From contig OZ242311.1 in NCBI GenBank assembly GCA_965207885.1, forward strand, positions 768,001 through 832,000: DNA of 64,000 nt. The letters run 5' to 3'. A program made the translations under genes and the position numbers. Below the pieces are notes generated by a model that saw only the letters and a list, made by a program, of their open reading frames with translations, was not told where the DNA came from and ran no database searches. The stretch is from Candidatus Latescibacterota bacterium. GTDB taxonomy: Bacteria; Latescibacterota; UBA2968. Below, one piece after another: positions 47,147-56,766 of this stretch (positions are counted from its first letter, which is position 1; each line of letters opens with the position of its first letter).

Positions 47147-47998
47147 TTGCCTGGAATTATGATACAAGATAGTGAGTCTCTGGATTTGTATCTGCGAGAC
47201 ATTGCCTCGTCTGAACCCCTTTCGAGTGCAGAAGAAATTGAACTGGCAAAGAAGATCCACAAAGGTTGTCAGAGATCCAGAGATAAACTGGTTGCGGCCA
47301 ATCTCCGTTTTGTGGTGAGTGTGGCGCGCGAATATCAAAATCACGGGGTGCCTCTGGCCGATTTGATCAGCGCGGGCAATATGGGCCTGATGACGGCTGC
47401 CGAGCGCTTTGATGGCACGCGGGGCTTTAAGTTTATTTCTTATGCGGTATGGTGGATCCGCCAGGCGATTCACCAGAGTCTGGCACAGGATTCACGGGTT
47501 GTGCGTTTGCCTATTAACCGCATTGATTTGTTGCACAATATTTCAAAGGTGTCGCGCGAACTGAGGCAGTCAAGCGAGACCGAACCCGAACCCGAAACTG
47601 TGGCAAAAGAACTCGGTGTGTCGGTGGAGATGGTTCAGGATACGCTGATGCGCGCGCGCGATGTCTGGTCTCTGGATGCGTCTTTCCGCGAGGAGGATGA
47701 CCACAGTTTGCTGCATGTGTTGCCCGATAAGACGCAAAAGGCACCGGATGAGGAAGTTGTAGAGGATTCAGTGCGCGAACAGGTAAAAGATGTGCTCACG
47801 TCTCTGGATGATCGGGAGACCGAGGTTTTGCGCCTGTATTTTGGTCTGGGCGGTGAAGAGCCGCTTACGCTTGAAGAGATCGGCGTTCGGTTCAATTTGA
47901 CCCGAGAGCGCGTGCGGCAAATTAAGGAGAAAGCACTTCGCAGATTGCGCCATCCGCGTCGTCGCTCGCGGCTTGAGCCACTGCTGGAAGTGACCTGA
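47147..47998 (+). CDS. Alternative sigma70-family factor (group 2-like, no region 1.1)
   Basis: LDLYL, ANLRFVVSVA, FKFISYAVWWIRQ, TLEEIG, TRERVRQI; AGGAGG RBS before TTG. Confidence 0.94.
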   Translation: MPGIMIQDSESLDLYLRDIASSEPLSSAEEIELAKKIHKGCQRSRDKLVAANLRFVVSVAREYQNHGVPLADLISAGNMGLMTAAERFDGTRGFKFISYAVWWIRQAIHQSLAQDSRVVRLPINRIDLLHNISKVSRELRQSSETEPEPETVAKELGVSVEMVQDTLMRARDVWSLDASFREEDDHSLLHVLPDKTQKAPDEEVVEDSVREQVKDVLTSLDDRETEVLRLYFGLGGEEPLTLEEIGVRFNLTRERVRQIKEKALRRLRHPRRRSRLEPLLEVT

Positions 47999-48004
47999 TT
48001 TTTT

Positions 48005-48035
48005 AAGAGCACCTTTTGGTGCTCTTTTTTTTGCG
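48005..48035 (+). terminator. Rho-independent terminator
   Basis: aagagcacc-tttt-ggtgctctt followed by a T run. Confidence 0.85.
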
Positions 48036-48045
48036 TTTTTTTGGC

Positions 48046-48074
48046 TTGACAGCGCGCAAATCGAAAAATATACT
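48046..48074 (+). promoter_or_regulatory. Sigma70 promoter
   Basis: TTGACA-17 nt-TATACT. Confidence 0.75.
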
Positions 48075-48117
48075 GTAGCTGTTCATTTTTCGGATGATAA
48101 CTTGCAGGGAGATTGAG

Positions 48118-48624
48118 ATGAAACGCCTGATGATATGTATTCTTTCCGCGTTCGCGCTGCAGGGCTGTAGTGATCGTTTGTCAGATATGCAAACACAACT
48201 GGCAGGTACCTGGGTTTTGCAAACGCGTCAATTGCAAGATGGTACTGTGTTGCGTGCCCCGCATATAAAAGGGTCGCTTTTTTGGGAGCCGATCAGTTCT
48301 CGAAAAGCACATATTACGCTCAATCTTCTGGAGGACACAAAAGACGGTACGCCCCGGCGATTTAATTATGCTGCCAGTACGTATGAAATTTCTACATCGG
48401 CGATTACGCGAGCCAGGCATGTGCTGGTTCGCCAGGGGTATCGCTCTTCTGCCGAAGCACCGATGTCGATCTATCCCAAAGGCAAGAGTGTGAAGGGGAA
48501 AATTACGGTTGAGGGCGATAAAATTGAGATTGCACACGATGAGCAGCAGTGGGTTTTTGAAGGCAATACGATGACGGCATCTTATGAGGGGGCATGGGTC
48601 GATACATGGGCGCGGGTTCAGTAG
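48118..48624 (+). CDS. Lipoprotein with lipocalin-like domain
   Basis: MKRL...ALQGC lipobox; LAGTWVL N-terminal and TWARV C-terminal lipocalin-like motifs. Confidence 0.75.
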   Translation: MKRLMICILSAFALQGCSDRLSDMQTQLAGTWVLQTRQLQDGTVLRAPHIKGSLFWEPISSRKAHITLNLLEDTKDGTPRRFNYAASTYEISTSAITRARHVLVRQGYRSSAEAPMSIYPKGKSVKGKITVEGDKIEIAHDEQQWVFEGNTMTASYEGAWVDTWARVQ

Positions 48625-48669
48625 GATGGGTTAACGCGAACGGCTCCGGTTTCCTGATAAGCAAAAAAG

Positions 48670-48708
48670 CAAAGCCCGTTGATCGGTATGATCAGCGGGC
48701 TTTTTTTG
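48670..48708. terminator. Bidirectional terminator
   Basis: aaagcccgttgatc-ggtat-gatcagcgggctttttttt. Confidence 0.8.
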
Positions 48709-48721
48709 TGCGTTCGGCGCG

Positions 48722-50556
48722 CTACTTGAGGTAGAGGAGCCGTTGCGTCTGCATCCCACCGGGATAGCTCAGGCGTGCGATGTAGATCCCCGTCGATAGC
48801 GAGACGCCCCGCTGGTCGAGGACATCCCACCGTATCTGGTAGGAGCCAGCGGCCTGGGATTGATCCACCAGCGTGCGTACGGGCTGACCCAGCACATTGT
48901 AGATTACCAGTTGTACCGGACCGGGGCTGGACAGGTGGTAGGTAATCAGGGTGGCACTGTTGAATGGGTTGGGAAAGTTGGGCGCCAGACCACTAACTTC
49001 CGGTACTGTCTCGGATACTGCCAGTGGCTCGGATACGACCACGGGCTTGGACGCGGTTAGTGGTGCGACGCTTACGACCTTCATGCCGCCGCTTAGGGTC
49101 AGTTCCAGGACCTGGCGTTGGTTCTGGTTGAGAGGAATGCTGTGCCACTGGCCAACGGTTTCGCCATCTGCGTTGCGGGCGCGTGCCTGATAGTAACCAC
49201 TCACGCCATCTGCGCTGGAGATGGTCAGGGACAAAGAGCCATTGGCATCGGTGACGGCGTTATGGGTGTAGTCGGGCTGTTGGCCGGCGATGGATCGCGC
49301 AAATTCGATGGTCAAGCCCTCGATGGCGTCGCCTGAGACCGTGGCTTCCACTTTCGTATAGGGTTCAGTCGGGACAACGTCGGGTGCGCGCCCATAAAAG
49401 CCCGACCCAATGATGAAGTTGTACGGGATTACCCTTCCACCTATCTCGGTTTTAGTTTTGAACTCGCGTGCGTATCCCACCTTGGGGATATCGGCGCTGT
49501 CTGTGTCGTCATTGGGATCGTCAAAGTAATACTCCACGAAGCCGCCTTCCGGGTTACTTTTCGCCGCTTCGATGACCTGCGGTAATATGAGTTTTCCGGT
49601 GACCGCGTCTCGGACGGTCGCTATCAGAGGTCGAAGCTCGTATCTGTTCGGAAATGCAGCGTGTATTTGGATTACGTTGCTGGTAGTATCCAGTACATAG
49701 AGGTACACGGAACCGTGTCTCCAGGGCCCGTCCGGATCCCGAAGTGCGCTCCTGGCGATCCCACCGGGGAAATTGCCGGTTTTCCGAAGTTCGAGACAGT
49801 ACTCCCCTGCTTCCGTGACGAAGGTTTTCAGGGTTTCTCGATCTACCACGTCCCTGGCGGTAACGGTCGGGGTAATGTGATCGATCTCTTCTTCAACTAC
49901 GTGAGTTTCATTGAGCTCGAAACCGGCTATCATCACAAGCGGGCCTCTAAAAAAGTCCGACCAATATGCGGCGGCATAGCCGGAGGCATCCGGTATGCCT
50001 GGTCGCAGGCCTGGTATAGGGGTGGTCGCATCGAATGCGCCATCCGGTTCTTGCGACAATATATTAACCACTTCGGCATTAGCCTGGGCGGCAATTTCAG
50101 AATCGGGAGATGCCAGGTTGGCCAGAACGGTTGAGGGTACTCCCAGCGAAGAAAGGATCTCTGCATAAATAAGGGGGTTGAGTCGCCTGCTCGACAATGC
50201 CATGTTCTTCGCGTGAATCAAAATACTGCCATCGGCCTTCAGAACCACGAGGTAGGTGGAACCGGAATACCAATAGCTCCCCTCTTGCCGGAAGAGACAT
50301 CCTATACCACTTGTCCCAGATTCTCAGCCGTCTGGAGCTGCATAACAAATCGTTCTCTCGAGGCCAGCGCGAAGTCCTTCAGGGTAGCGCTGCCGTCTTC
50401 CACCTGTTGCGCCGTCACACTCGGTTCCTCGGGGAGTGTCACGCCGGGCGGGGGTGGACAATCTGCCAGGGCAGGAGGCGCATTGGAGAAGGCGCCGGCC
50501 AGCACGAGCAGTCCGACAATGGGAATCAGGTATGTGGGTAATGTTCGAAGGTTCAT
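48722..50556 (-). pseudogene. Frameshifted secreted Cache-like protein with C-terminal FlgD/T9SS-type sorting domain
   Basis: Signal-peptide ORF from 50556 stops at 50302; the downstream frame is already open there (IGCLFRQEGSYWYSGSTYLV) and ends with NFPNPFN...IYNVLGQPVRTL...GIYIARL. Confidence 0.8.
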
Positions 50557-50768
50557 AACGATGGTCCTCCCTTTTGGGAATGGGTGGTAAGGAATAAGCG
50601 CAGGAAGAATAATATGAAGACGCCCTGGTAAGCAAATAGATTTTCTATGCATAGATCTCATTGCTTTTAATATTGGCGAAACACTTATGAAACCTGCTGG
50701 AAATATAATCAGCGTAAGTTTGACTATTATTTCGATGCTGTTTCACAGTTAAAATACAGGTCAGGACT

Positions 50769-52103
50769 ATGAATGAAGGAAGCCGCGAATACGTGCTGAA
50801 TGCCGCGTCAGAACACGGGGTCAAATTTGTCAGGCTCTGGTTTACGGATATTTTGGGTTTTCTAAAGAGTGTCGCCATTCCCGTTGAGCAACTCGATGGC
50901 GCTTTGACAGAGGGGATCGGTTTTGATGGGTCGTCCGTAGAGGGTTTTGCGCGCATCGACGAGAGCGATATGATCGCTATGCCCGATCCCAATACTTTTC
51001 AGGTGCTGCCTTTTCGTCCGCAAGAAGGCGGTACGGTTGCGCGTATGTTTTGCGATATTCTCCAGCCGGGGGGAAATCCATATCGAGGAGATCCGCGCTG
51101 GGTGCTGAAAAAGAATTTGAGACGTGCAGGCGATATGGGTTTTGCGTTTTACGTCAGTCCAGAGATGGAGTTTTTCTATTTTGAAAAACCCGAGGTTCCT
51201 CTCAAGGGTTTGGATGAGGGTGGATATTTTGATCAGACGTCTCTGGATGTGGCGAGTGATCTGCGCCGGGATACGGTGTTGACGCTGGAGAAGATGGGGA
51301 TTGAGGTGGCGTCCAGCCATCACGAGGATGCGCCGAGCCAGCACGAGATCGATTTGCTTTATACCGATGCGCTGACGATGGCGGACAATGCAATGACCTA
51401 CCGTTTGGTTGTGAAGGAGATTGCCGTGAAGCACGGCGTTTGGGCGACGTTTATGCCCAAACCCATTTTTGGCGTCAATGGCAATGGTATGCATACGAAT
51501 ATGTCGCTGTTTAAGGGAGAGGCTAACGCGTTTTACGACGCTGAAGGCGAATACCATCTGTCGGATACGGCGCGGTATTTTATCGCGGGTTTGCTCAAAC
51601 ACGCGTGTGAGATAACGCTGGTGACCAATCAGTGGGTCAATTCTTATAAGCGGTTGGTGCCGGGCTATGAAGCGCCTTTGTACACGACGTGGTCGGTGGT
51701 TAACCGATCGGATCTGGTGCGCGTGCCGGCCTATTCTCTGGATAAGGAGAGTACAACGCGCATCGAATACCGGTCGCCCGATCCGGCCTGCAATCCCTAT
51801 CTGGCATTTGCAATTATGTTGGCTGCGGGGTTGGAGGGTGTTGAAAAACAGTATGAGGTGCCGCCGCCTATGGAAAAAAATGTGGCTGAGATGTCCAGTG
51901 CCGAGCGGGAGAACGCGGGTATTAAGAATCTGCCTCTGGATCTGTCACAGGCTATTGATCTGGCCGAGGGTAGCGACTTGCTTCGCAATGCCCTGGGCGA
52001 TCATATTTTTGAGAAGTTTATTGCGAATAAGAAGATCGAATGGGCCAATTACAGGGCGCAGGTGACGGGTTACGAACTGGATCAACATCTTAAAATTTTG
52101 TGA
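50769..52103 (+). CDS. glnA: Glutamine synthetase type I (GSI-alpha-like)
   Basis: FDGSS, EMEF, HHEDAPSQHEI, TFMPKP, GNGMH, NSYKRLVPGYEAP, RIEYRSPDP.CNPYL. Confidence 0.96.
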   Translation: MNEGSREYVLNAASEHGVKFVRLWFTDILGFLKSVAIPVEQLDGALTEGIGFDGSSVEGFARIDESDMIAMPDPNTFQVLPFRPQEGGTVARMFCDILQPGGNPYRGDPRWVLKKNLRRAGDMGFAFYVSPEMEFFYFEKPEVPLKGLDEGGYFDQTSLDVASDLRRDTVLTLEKMGIEVASSHHEDAPSQHEIDLLYTDALTMADNAMTYRLVVKEIAVKHGVWATFMPKPIFGVNGNGMHTNMSLFKGEANAFYDAEGEYHLSDTARYFIAGLLKHACEITLVTNQWVNSYKRLVPGYEAPLYTTWSVVNRSDLVRVPAYSLDKESTTRIEYRSPDPACNPYLAFAIMLAAGLEGVEKQYEVPPPMEKNVAEMSSAERENAGIKNLPLDLSQAIDLAEGSDLLRNALGDHIFEKFIANKKIEWANYRAQVTGYELDQHLKIL

Positions 52104-52112
52104 GGTATAAGG

Positions 52113-52358
52113 ATGGGGAAAAAACGCAGGCCGTGTCCCCGCGGGCTTTACGACGGGTGCCCGATTCCACGAGAATTGTGTAGCGAAGATTACGCGCGTA
52201 CAGGTGAGTGGCATTGTTTGAAGTTTTTGCGCGAGTTTGAGTGGTTTGTGTTTGGAACCTCTGGGGAAGATGCCGCGCCAGAGGCTCTCAGAACGGGCGA
52301 AGAAATTGTGTCGCTGGAGGATTTGATGCGGGTGCTGGAGGGGATGGATGATGCGTGA
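52113..52358 (+). CDS. Small Cys-rich hypothetical protein
   Basis: 81 aa, AGGA RBS, C-x7-C-x6-C-x11-C; overlaps the hemE start. Confidence 0.55.
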   Translation: MGKKRRPCPRGLYDGCPIPRELCSEDYARTGEWHCLKFLREFEWFVFGTSGEDAAPEALRTGEEIVSLEDLMRVLEGMDDA

Positions 52359-53391
52359 GGGTTCAGATCGTTTTTTAAAGGCGTGTCGTCGCGAATGTGT
52401 GGATGCGACGCCTGTTTGGTTCATGCGTCAGGCCGGGCGGTATATGAAGGCTTATTGGACGTATCGCGATCGCTACAGTTTTCTCGATATGGTGAAGACG
52501 CCCGAGATTTCCACGGCGATTACGATGCAACCCGTGAACGCATATCCTGTGGATGCTGCGATTATTTTTCAGGATTTGCTGCCGATTCTCGAGTCGATGG
52601 GTTTGGATCTGGATTATGTAAAAGGCGAAGGTCCGGTTATTCACAATCCGATTCGCACGGTGGCAGATATCGATGCGTTGACCGTGAGTCCCGCCGAAGA
52701 GGCGATGCCTTATGTGGGCGATGCCATTCGGATGGCTGTCGCAGAACTCAATGGTCGCGTTCCGTTGATTGGTTTTGCAGGTGCGCCTTTTACGCTGGTT
52801 TGTTATGCGGTGGAAGGCGGTTCGTCGCGCAATTACGAGATTGCCAAGGGGTTGATGTACGGCGAGCCAGCGCAATGGCATCGTTTGATGGATATGATGG
52901 CGACAGCTATTGGGGATTATCTCATCGCTCAGGCCCGGGCGGGTGCGAGGGTGTTGCAGGTGTTTGATAGCTGGGTCGGGGCGTTGAGTCCGGCTGATTA
53001 TCGCGAGTACGTGTTGCCGCATTCGCAAAAGGCGATTGCGATTGCGAAAGAAGAGGTGGATGTGCCGCTTATTCATTTTGGCACGAGTACGGCGGGTATT
53101 CTCGAGTTGTTGAAAGAGGCGGGGGGCGATGTTATTGGCGTTGATTGGCGCATTGATATAGATGTGGCGTGGCGCCGTTTGGGCGATGATGTGGGTGTGC
53201 AGGGCAATCTGGATCCCGTTGTGTTGTTCGCGCCTTTTGAGGAGATAACGCGGCAGACGAGGCGCATATTGGATTCGGTGAGGGGAAGGCCGGGACATAT
53301 TTTTAATTTGGGTCATGGGATTTTACAGCGCACACCTGTGGAAAATGTGCGGAAATTGGTTGATTTTGTGCATGAATATACGGCGCGATGA
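52351..53391 (+). CDS. hemE: Uroporphyrinogen decarboxylase
   Basis: PVWFMRQAGRY, DAAIIF.D, LIGFAGAPFT, QGNLDP, FNLGHG. Confidence 0.97.
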   Translation: MREGSDRFLKACRRECVDATPVWFMRQAGRYMKAYWTYRDRYSFLDMVKTPEISTAITMQPVNAYPVDAAIIFQDLLPILESMGLDLDYVKGEGPVIHNPIRTVADIDALTVSPAEEAMPYVGDAIRMAVAELNGRVPLIGFAGAPFTLVCYAVEGGSSRNYEIAKGLMYGEPAQWHRLMDMMATAIGDYLIAQARAGARVLQVFDSWVGALSPADYREYVLPHSQKAIAIAKEEVDVPLIHFGTSTAGILELLKEAGGDVIGVDWRIDIDVAWRRLGDDVGVQGNLDPVVLFAPFEEITRQTRRILDSVRGRPGHIFNLGHGILQRTPVENVRKLVDFVHEYTAR

Positions 53392-54304
53392 GATAATAAT
53401 TGGCGTGCTTTTAATGGCTTATGGCAGCCCCGATTCGCTGGATGATATGGCGGCTTATTTGAGCGATATTCGGGGTGGGCGGCCGATGTCGCCAGAGTTT
53501 GTGGCGGAGTTTCGCAGTCGCTACGCGCAGATCGGTGGCAGGTCGCCGCTGAATGAACGCACGTTTGAGCAGGCAGGGCATGTCGAGGCGGTGTTGAAGA
53601 AACGCGGGCGGGATGTGAAGGCATATACGGGGATGCGTCACTGGAAGCCGCGGATCGTGGAGGCGGTGGCGAAGATGCAGGGGGATGGTGTTGAAAAGGC
53701 TGTGGGCATTGTGATGGCGCCGCATTATTCGCGGATGAGTACCCGGCTCTATCAGCAGAAGGTTGAGGATGCATTAAAAGAGGTGGGGAGTGATATTGAG
53801 TTTGCCTATGTCAATTCGTGGTGCGATCAGCCCCGGTTGATTGAGGCGCAGGCGGCAAAGGTACGGGCGGGGTTGGAGAGGTTTCCGGAGGATGCGAGGC
53901 GGAAGGCAAAGGTGGTTTTTTCGGCGCATAGTTTGCCGGCCCGGTTGCTGAAGATGGGCGATCCCTATGACGATGAATTAAAGCGCAATGCTCAGGCGAT
54001 TGTGGATCGATTGGGTCCGGTGGATTGGATGTTTTCATATCAGAGCGCCGCACATACGGGCGAGCCATGGTTGGGTCCGCAGATTGAGGATGTGATTCCC
54101 GCTCTGGCTTCTGGCAATTATCGCGATGTTCTGGTCTCGCCTATTGGTTTTGTGTGCGATCACGTGGAGGTGCTTTACGATATTGATATCGGTTGCCAGG
54201 AGATTGCACAAAGATGCGGGATGCGTCTGGAACGCACAGAGATGATGAATAGCGATTCCGTGTTTATCGAGGCGGTTGCCGATGCGGTGGAAGAGGTGAT
54301 TTGA
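53372..54304 (+). CDS. hemH: Ferrochelatase (coproporphyrin/protoporphyrin)
   Basis: GVLLMAYGSP, IGGRSPL, FSAHSLP, GDPY, WLGP, GFVCDHVEVLYDID; start uncertain. Confidence 0.95.
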   Translation: MNIRRDEIIIGVLLMAYGSPDSLDDMAAYLSDIRGGRPMSPEFVAEFRSRYAQIGGRSPLNERTFEQAGHVEAVLKKRGRDVKAYTGMRHWKPRIVEAVAKMQGDGVEKAVGIVMAPHYSRMSTRLYQQKVEDALKEVGSDIEFAYVNSWCDQPRLIEAQAAKVRAGLERFPEDARRKAKVVFSAHSLPARLLKMGDPYDDELKRNAQAIVDRLGPVDWMFSYQSAAHTGEPWLGPQIEDVIPALASGNYRDVLVSPIGFVCDHVEVLYDIDIGCQEIAQRCGMRLERTEMMNSDSVFIEAVADAVEEVI

Positions 54305-54311
54305 GGAGATC

Positions 54312-54384
54312 GGGACGGCACAGGGGCCGTCCCCTACGGTGATATTTTAATCCGATTTGTAGGGGCGACCCCCTGTGGTCGCCC
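54312..54384. repeat. Inverted pair of GTAG-type REPs (REPIN/BIME-like)
   Basis: GGGACGGCACAGGGGCCGTCCCCTAC (54312-54337) and GTAGGGGCGACCCCCTGTGGTCGCCC (54359-54384). Confidence 0.8.
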
Positions 54385-54396
54385 GTTGATAGCGAT

Positions 54397-55791
54397 ATGC
54401 ATATAACTATTATTGGCGGTGGCATAGCGGGTCTTGCGACCGCTTTTTATTTGGAAAAAAGAGCGCGGGAGCAAGGTCGGGACATTCAGTATTCCTTGCT
54501 GGAGCGCAGTGACCGATGGGGGGGGATGATTGCGACGGAGTCCGTGGATGGTTTTTTGATTGAGGGCGGTCCGGATTTGCTGCTGACGCAAAAGCCCGCG
54601 GGTATTCAGTTGTGTGAGGATCTGGGGTTGGCGGATCGGTTGATTTCGACGAATAATGATCGGAAGCGGACGTTTTTGGTGCGGGATGGGAAGTTGGTGG
54701 CTTTTCCGGAGGATTTTTCTCTGGTGCCCGCGAGATTTTGGCCCCTTGCGACGTCACCTCTGTATTCGTTTTGGGGAAAGGTGCGGATGGGGCTGGAGGT
54801 GTTTGTGCCGCGGCGGAGAGACGAGGGCGATGAGAGTCTGGCGAGTTTTATTCGGCGGCGTTTGGGCGTGGAGGCTGTGAATATTGGCGGGGCGATGCTG
54901 GCGGGTATCCACAGTGCAGATGCAGAGCGTTTGAGTATGCAATGCGCGTTTCCGATGTATGTGGCGATGGAGCAGCGCTATGGGAGTTTGATCAAGGGGG
55001 TGCGGGCGATGAGGAAGGCGCGCGCATCTACGGGGACCGCGATGTTTCAGACGCTGATTGGCGGGATGGGTGAGTTGGTCGATACTTTGATTGCGGGTTT
55101 GGATGGGGATTTGCGCCGGGGTGTTGCGGTTGGGTCTGTTAGAAAGGTGGGTGGGGGATTTGAGGTGGTCGCTGGTGAGGAGGTGATCGAGACAGATGCC
55201 GTGGTGATGGCGACGCCGGCTTATGTGTCCGCTGATCTGGTGGCTGATTTTGCGCCGGATTTGAGTCTTTTGTTGCGCGGTATTCGCTATGTTTCAACGG
55301 CGACGGTTTCGCTGGCGTATCGGAAGAGAGATGTTGAGGGACAACACGATTTTGAGGGGTTTGGTTTTTTGTCGCCAAAACACGAGGGGCGCCGGATTAC
55401 GGCGTGTACATGGGTTTCGACGAAGTTGAATTTTCGCGCGCCGGACGATGGTGTTCTGGTGCGTACTTTTGTGGGGGGAGCAGGGCAGGAAGATATGGTG
55501 GATCTGGATGATGAGGCGCTGATTGCACTGTCGCGCGAGGAGTTGGAAGATTTGATGGGGTTGACGGGTGATCCTCTGTTTGCGCGCATTTTTCGCTGGA
55601 GAAGAGGGCGCCCCCAATTCGATGTGGGGCATCTGGAGCGCGTGGCTGAGATGGAGCGTCTCGCCGCGCAGGTGGGCGGGCTGTTTTTGACGGGGAGTGC
55701 GTATCGCGGGTCGGCGATTCCCGATTGTATTGTGCAGGCGGTGGATACAGTGGATCGGATTTTAAAAGCAGGTGAGAAGTGTGAAGTGTGA
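54397..55791 (+). CDS. hemY: HemY-type (copro/protoporphyrinogen) oxidase
   Basis: IIGGGIAGL, EGGPD, DESLASF, GFGFL, PQFDVGH, IPDCI. Confidence 0.94.
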   Translation: MHITIIGGGIAGLATAFYLEKRAREQGRDIQYSLLERSDRWGGMIATESVDGFLIEGGPDLLLTQKPAGIQLCEDLGLADRLISTNNDRKRTFLVRDGKLVAFPEDFSLVPARFWPLATSPLYSFWGKVRMGLEVFVPRRRDEGDESLASFIRRRLGVEAVNIGGAMLAGIHSADAERLSMQCAFPMYVAMEQRYGSLIKGVRAMRKARASTGTAMFQTLIGGMGELVDTLIAGLDGDLRRGVAVGSVRKVGGGFEVVAGEEVIETDAVVMATPAYVSADLVADFAPDLSLLLRGIRYVSTATVSLAYRKRDVEGQHDFEGFGFLSPKHEGRRITACTWVSTKLNFRAPDDGVLVRTFVGGAGQEDMVDLDDEALIALSREELEDLMGLTGDPLFARIFRWRRGRPQFDVGHLERVAEMERLAAQVGGLFLTGSAYRGSAIPDCIVQAVDTVDRILKAGEKCEV

Positions 55792-55867
55792 AGGGAGGAC
55801 CATCGTCATCGCGGCCCCTGCTTAAAGCATGCAGGGGCAGGCTATGATGTTGAGCCGCGATCCAGTG
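55776..55867 (+). repeat. Composite heptamer + CGTC REP with nested palindrome
   Basis: gaagtgtgaagtgtgaagg..ggaccatcGTCATCGCGG-CCCCTGCTTAAAGCATGCAGGGG-...GCCGCGATCCAGTG. Confidence 0.75.
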
Positions 55868-55888
55868 TTTTTCATTATTGATGAATCC

Positions 55889-56683
55889 ATGTTCATTACA
55901 ACTCATAAACATTTTAAGACGATTATCATGGTTGCCACCCGGTCGCTGGATGACAAGGGGTGGGTTCTTGTCGGTGGCTCTGTTTTGCGTCTGTTGCGCG
56001 TGGTGTTTCTGCTTTCTTTGTGGCGGATGTTGTTGCCCGAGTCCGGAGAGGTTTCTGGTATGACGCGCAATGCGGTGCTTACTTATACTCTGATTGCCGA
56101 GGTTTTTGCCGGGCAGATTTCTGTGCGTACAGGTCTGGACGGGGCGCTCTGGCGCGGGGATATTGCCAATCGCTTTTTGCGCCCGGTGGGGATTTACGGC
56201 CAGTTTATTGCGGAGATGTTTGGTTCGGGTTTGCCCAATCTCATTTTGTTTTCACTGCCGCTTTTTTGTCTGGCGCCCCTTCTGGGGGTCGATCCTTTGC
56301 CGGAAAGCGCGTTTGCCGGTGTTTTGTTTTTGTGTAGTCTGGTGCTGGGCATTGCCATCGGCGCGGCGTTTGATTTCATTTTTGCGAGTTTTATGGTTTT
56401 GCTGGAGCAACATGTCTATGCTTTGACGCAGATTCGAGATGCGGTTAGCGTTTTGTTGTCGGGCGCGATTATTCCACTTGCGCTGATGCCATGGGGGATT
56501 GGGGATTTTCTGACTTTTTTGCCTTTTGCCTCGCTGGCGTCCGCGCCGCTGCGCATTTATACGGGTACGGGGGATCCCCTTTTTCTCATCGGTCTTCAAG
56601 CTTTCTGGGCTGTTGTGCTCTGGCCCGTCGCTCACTTGCTCTGGAATGCCAATCGCGAACGTCTGGTTTCGCATGGGGGATAA
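55889..56683 (+). CDS. ABC-2 family permease (DUF990-like)
   Basis: LTYTL, GDIANRFLRP, LSGAIIPL, LPF; several TM segments. Confidence 0.88.
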   Translation: MFITTHKHFKTIIMVATRSLDDKGWVLVGGSVLRLLRVVFLLSLWRMLLPESGEVSGMTRNAVLTYTLIAEVFAGQISVRTGLDGALWRGDIANRFLRPVGIYGQFIAEMFGSGLPNLILFSLPLFCLAPLLGVDPLPESAFAGVLFLCSLVLGIAIGAAFDFIFASFMVLLEQHVYALTQIRDAVSVLLSGAIIPLALMPWGIGDFLTFLPFASLASAPLRIYTGTGDPLFLIGLQAFWAVVLWPVAHLLWNANRERLVSHGG

Positions 56684-56684
56684 A

Positions 56685-56766
56685 GAAGTGTGAAGTGTGA
56701 AGGATGAAGTGTGAAGAGTAAAGGGCGGACCATCGTCATCGCGGCATGCTTAAAGCCGCGATCCAG
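56685..56766 (+). repeat. Composite heptamer + CGTC REP
   Basis: gaagtgtgaagtgtgaagg...ggaccatcGTCATCGCGGCATGCTTAAAGCCGCGATCCAG. Confidence 0.75.

Noticed and set aside
53385-53405. Possible frameshift at the hemH start (an ATGA overlap is out of frame)
   Set aside because: An in-frame ATG at 53372 gives a full-length protein, so no lesion is needed
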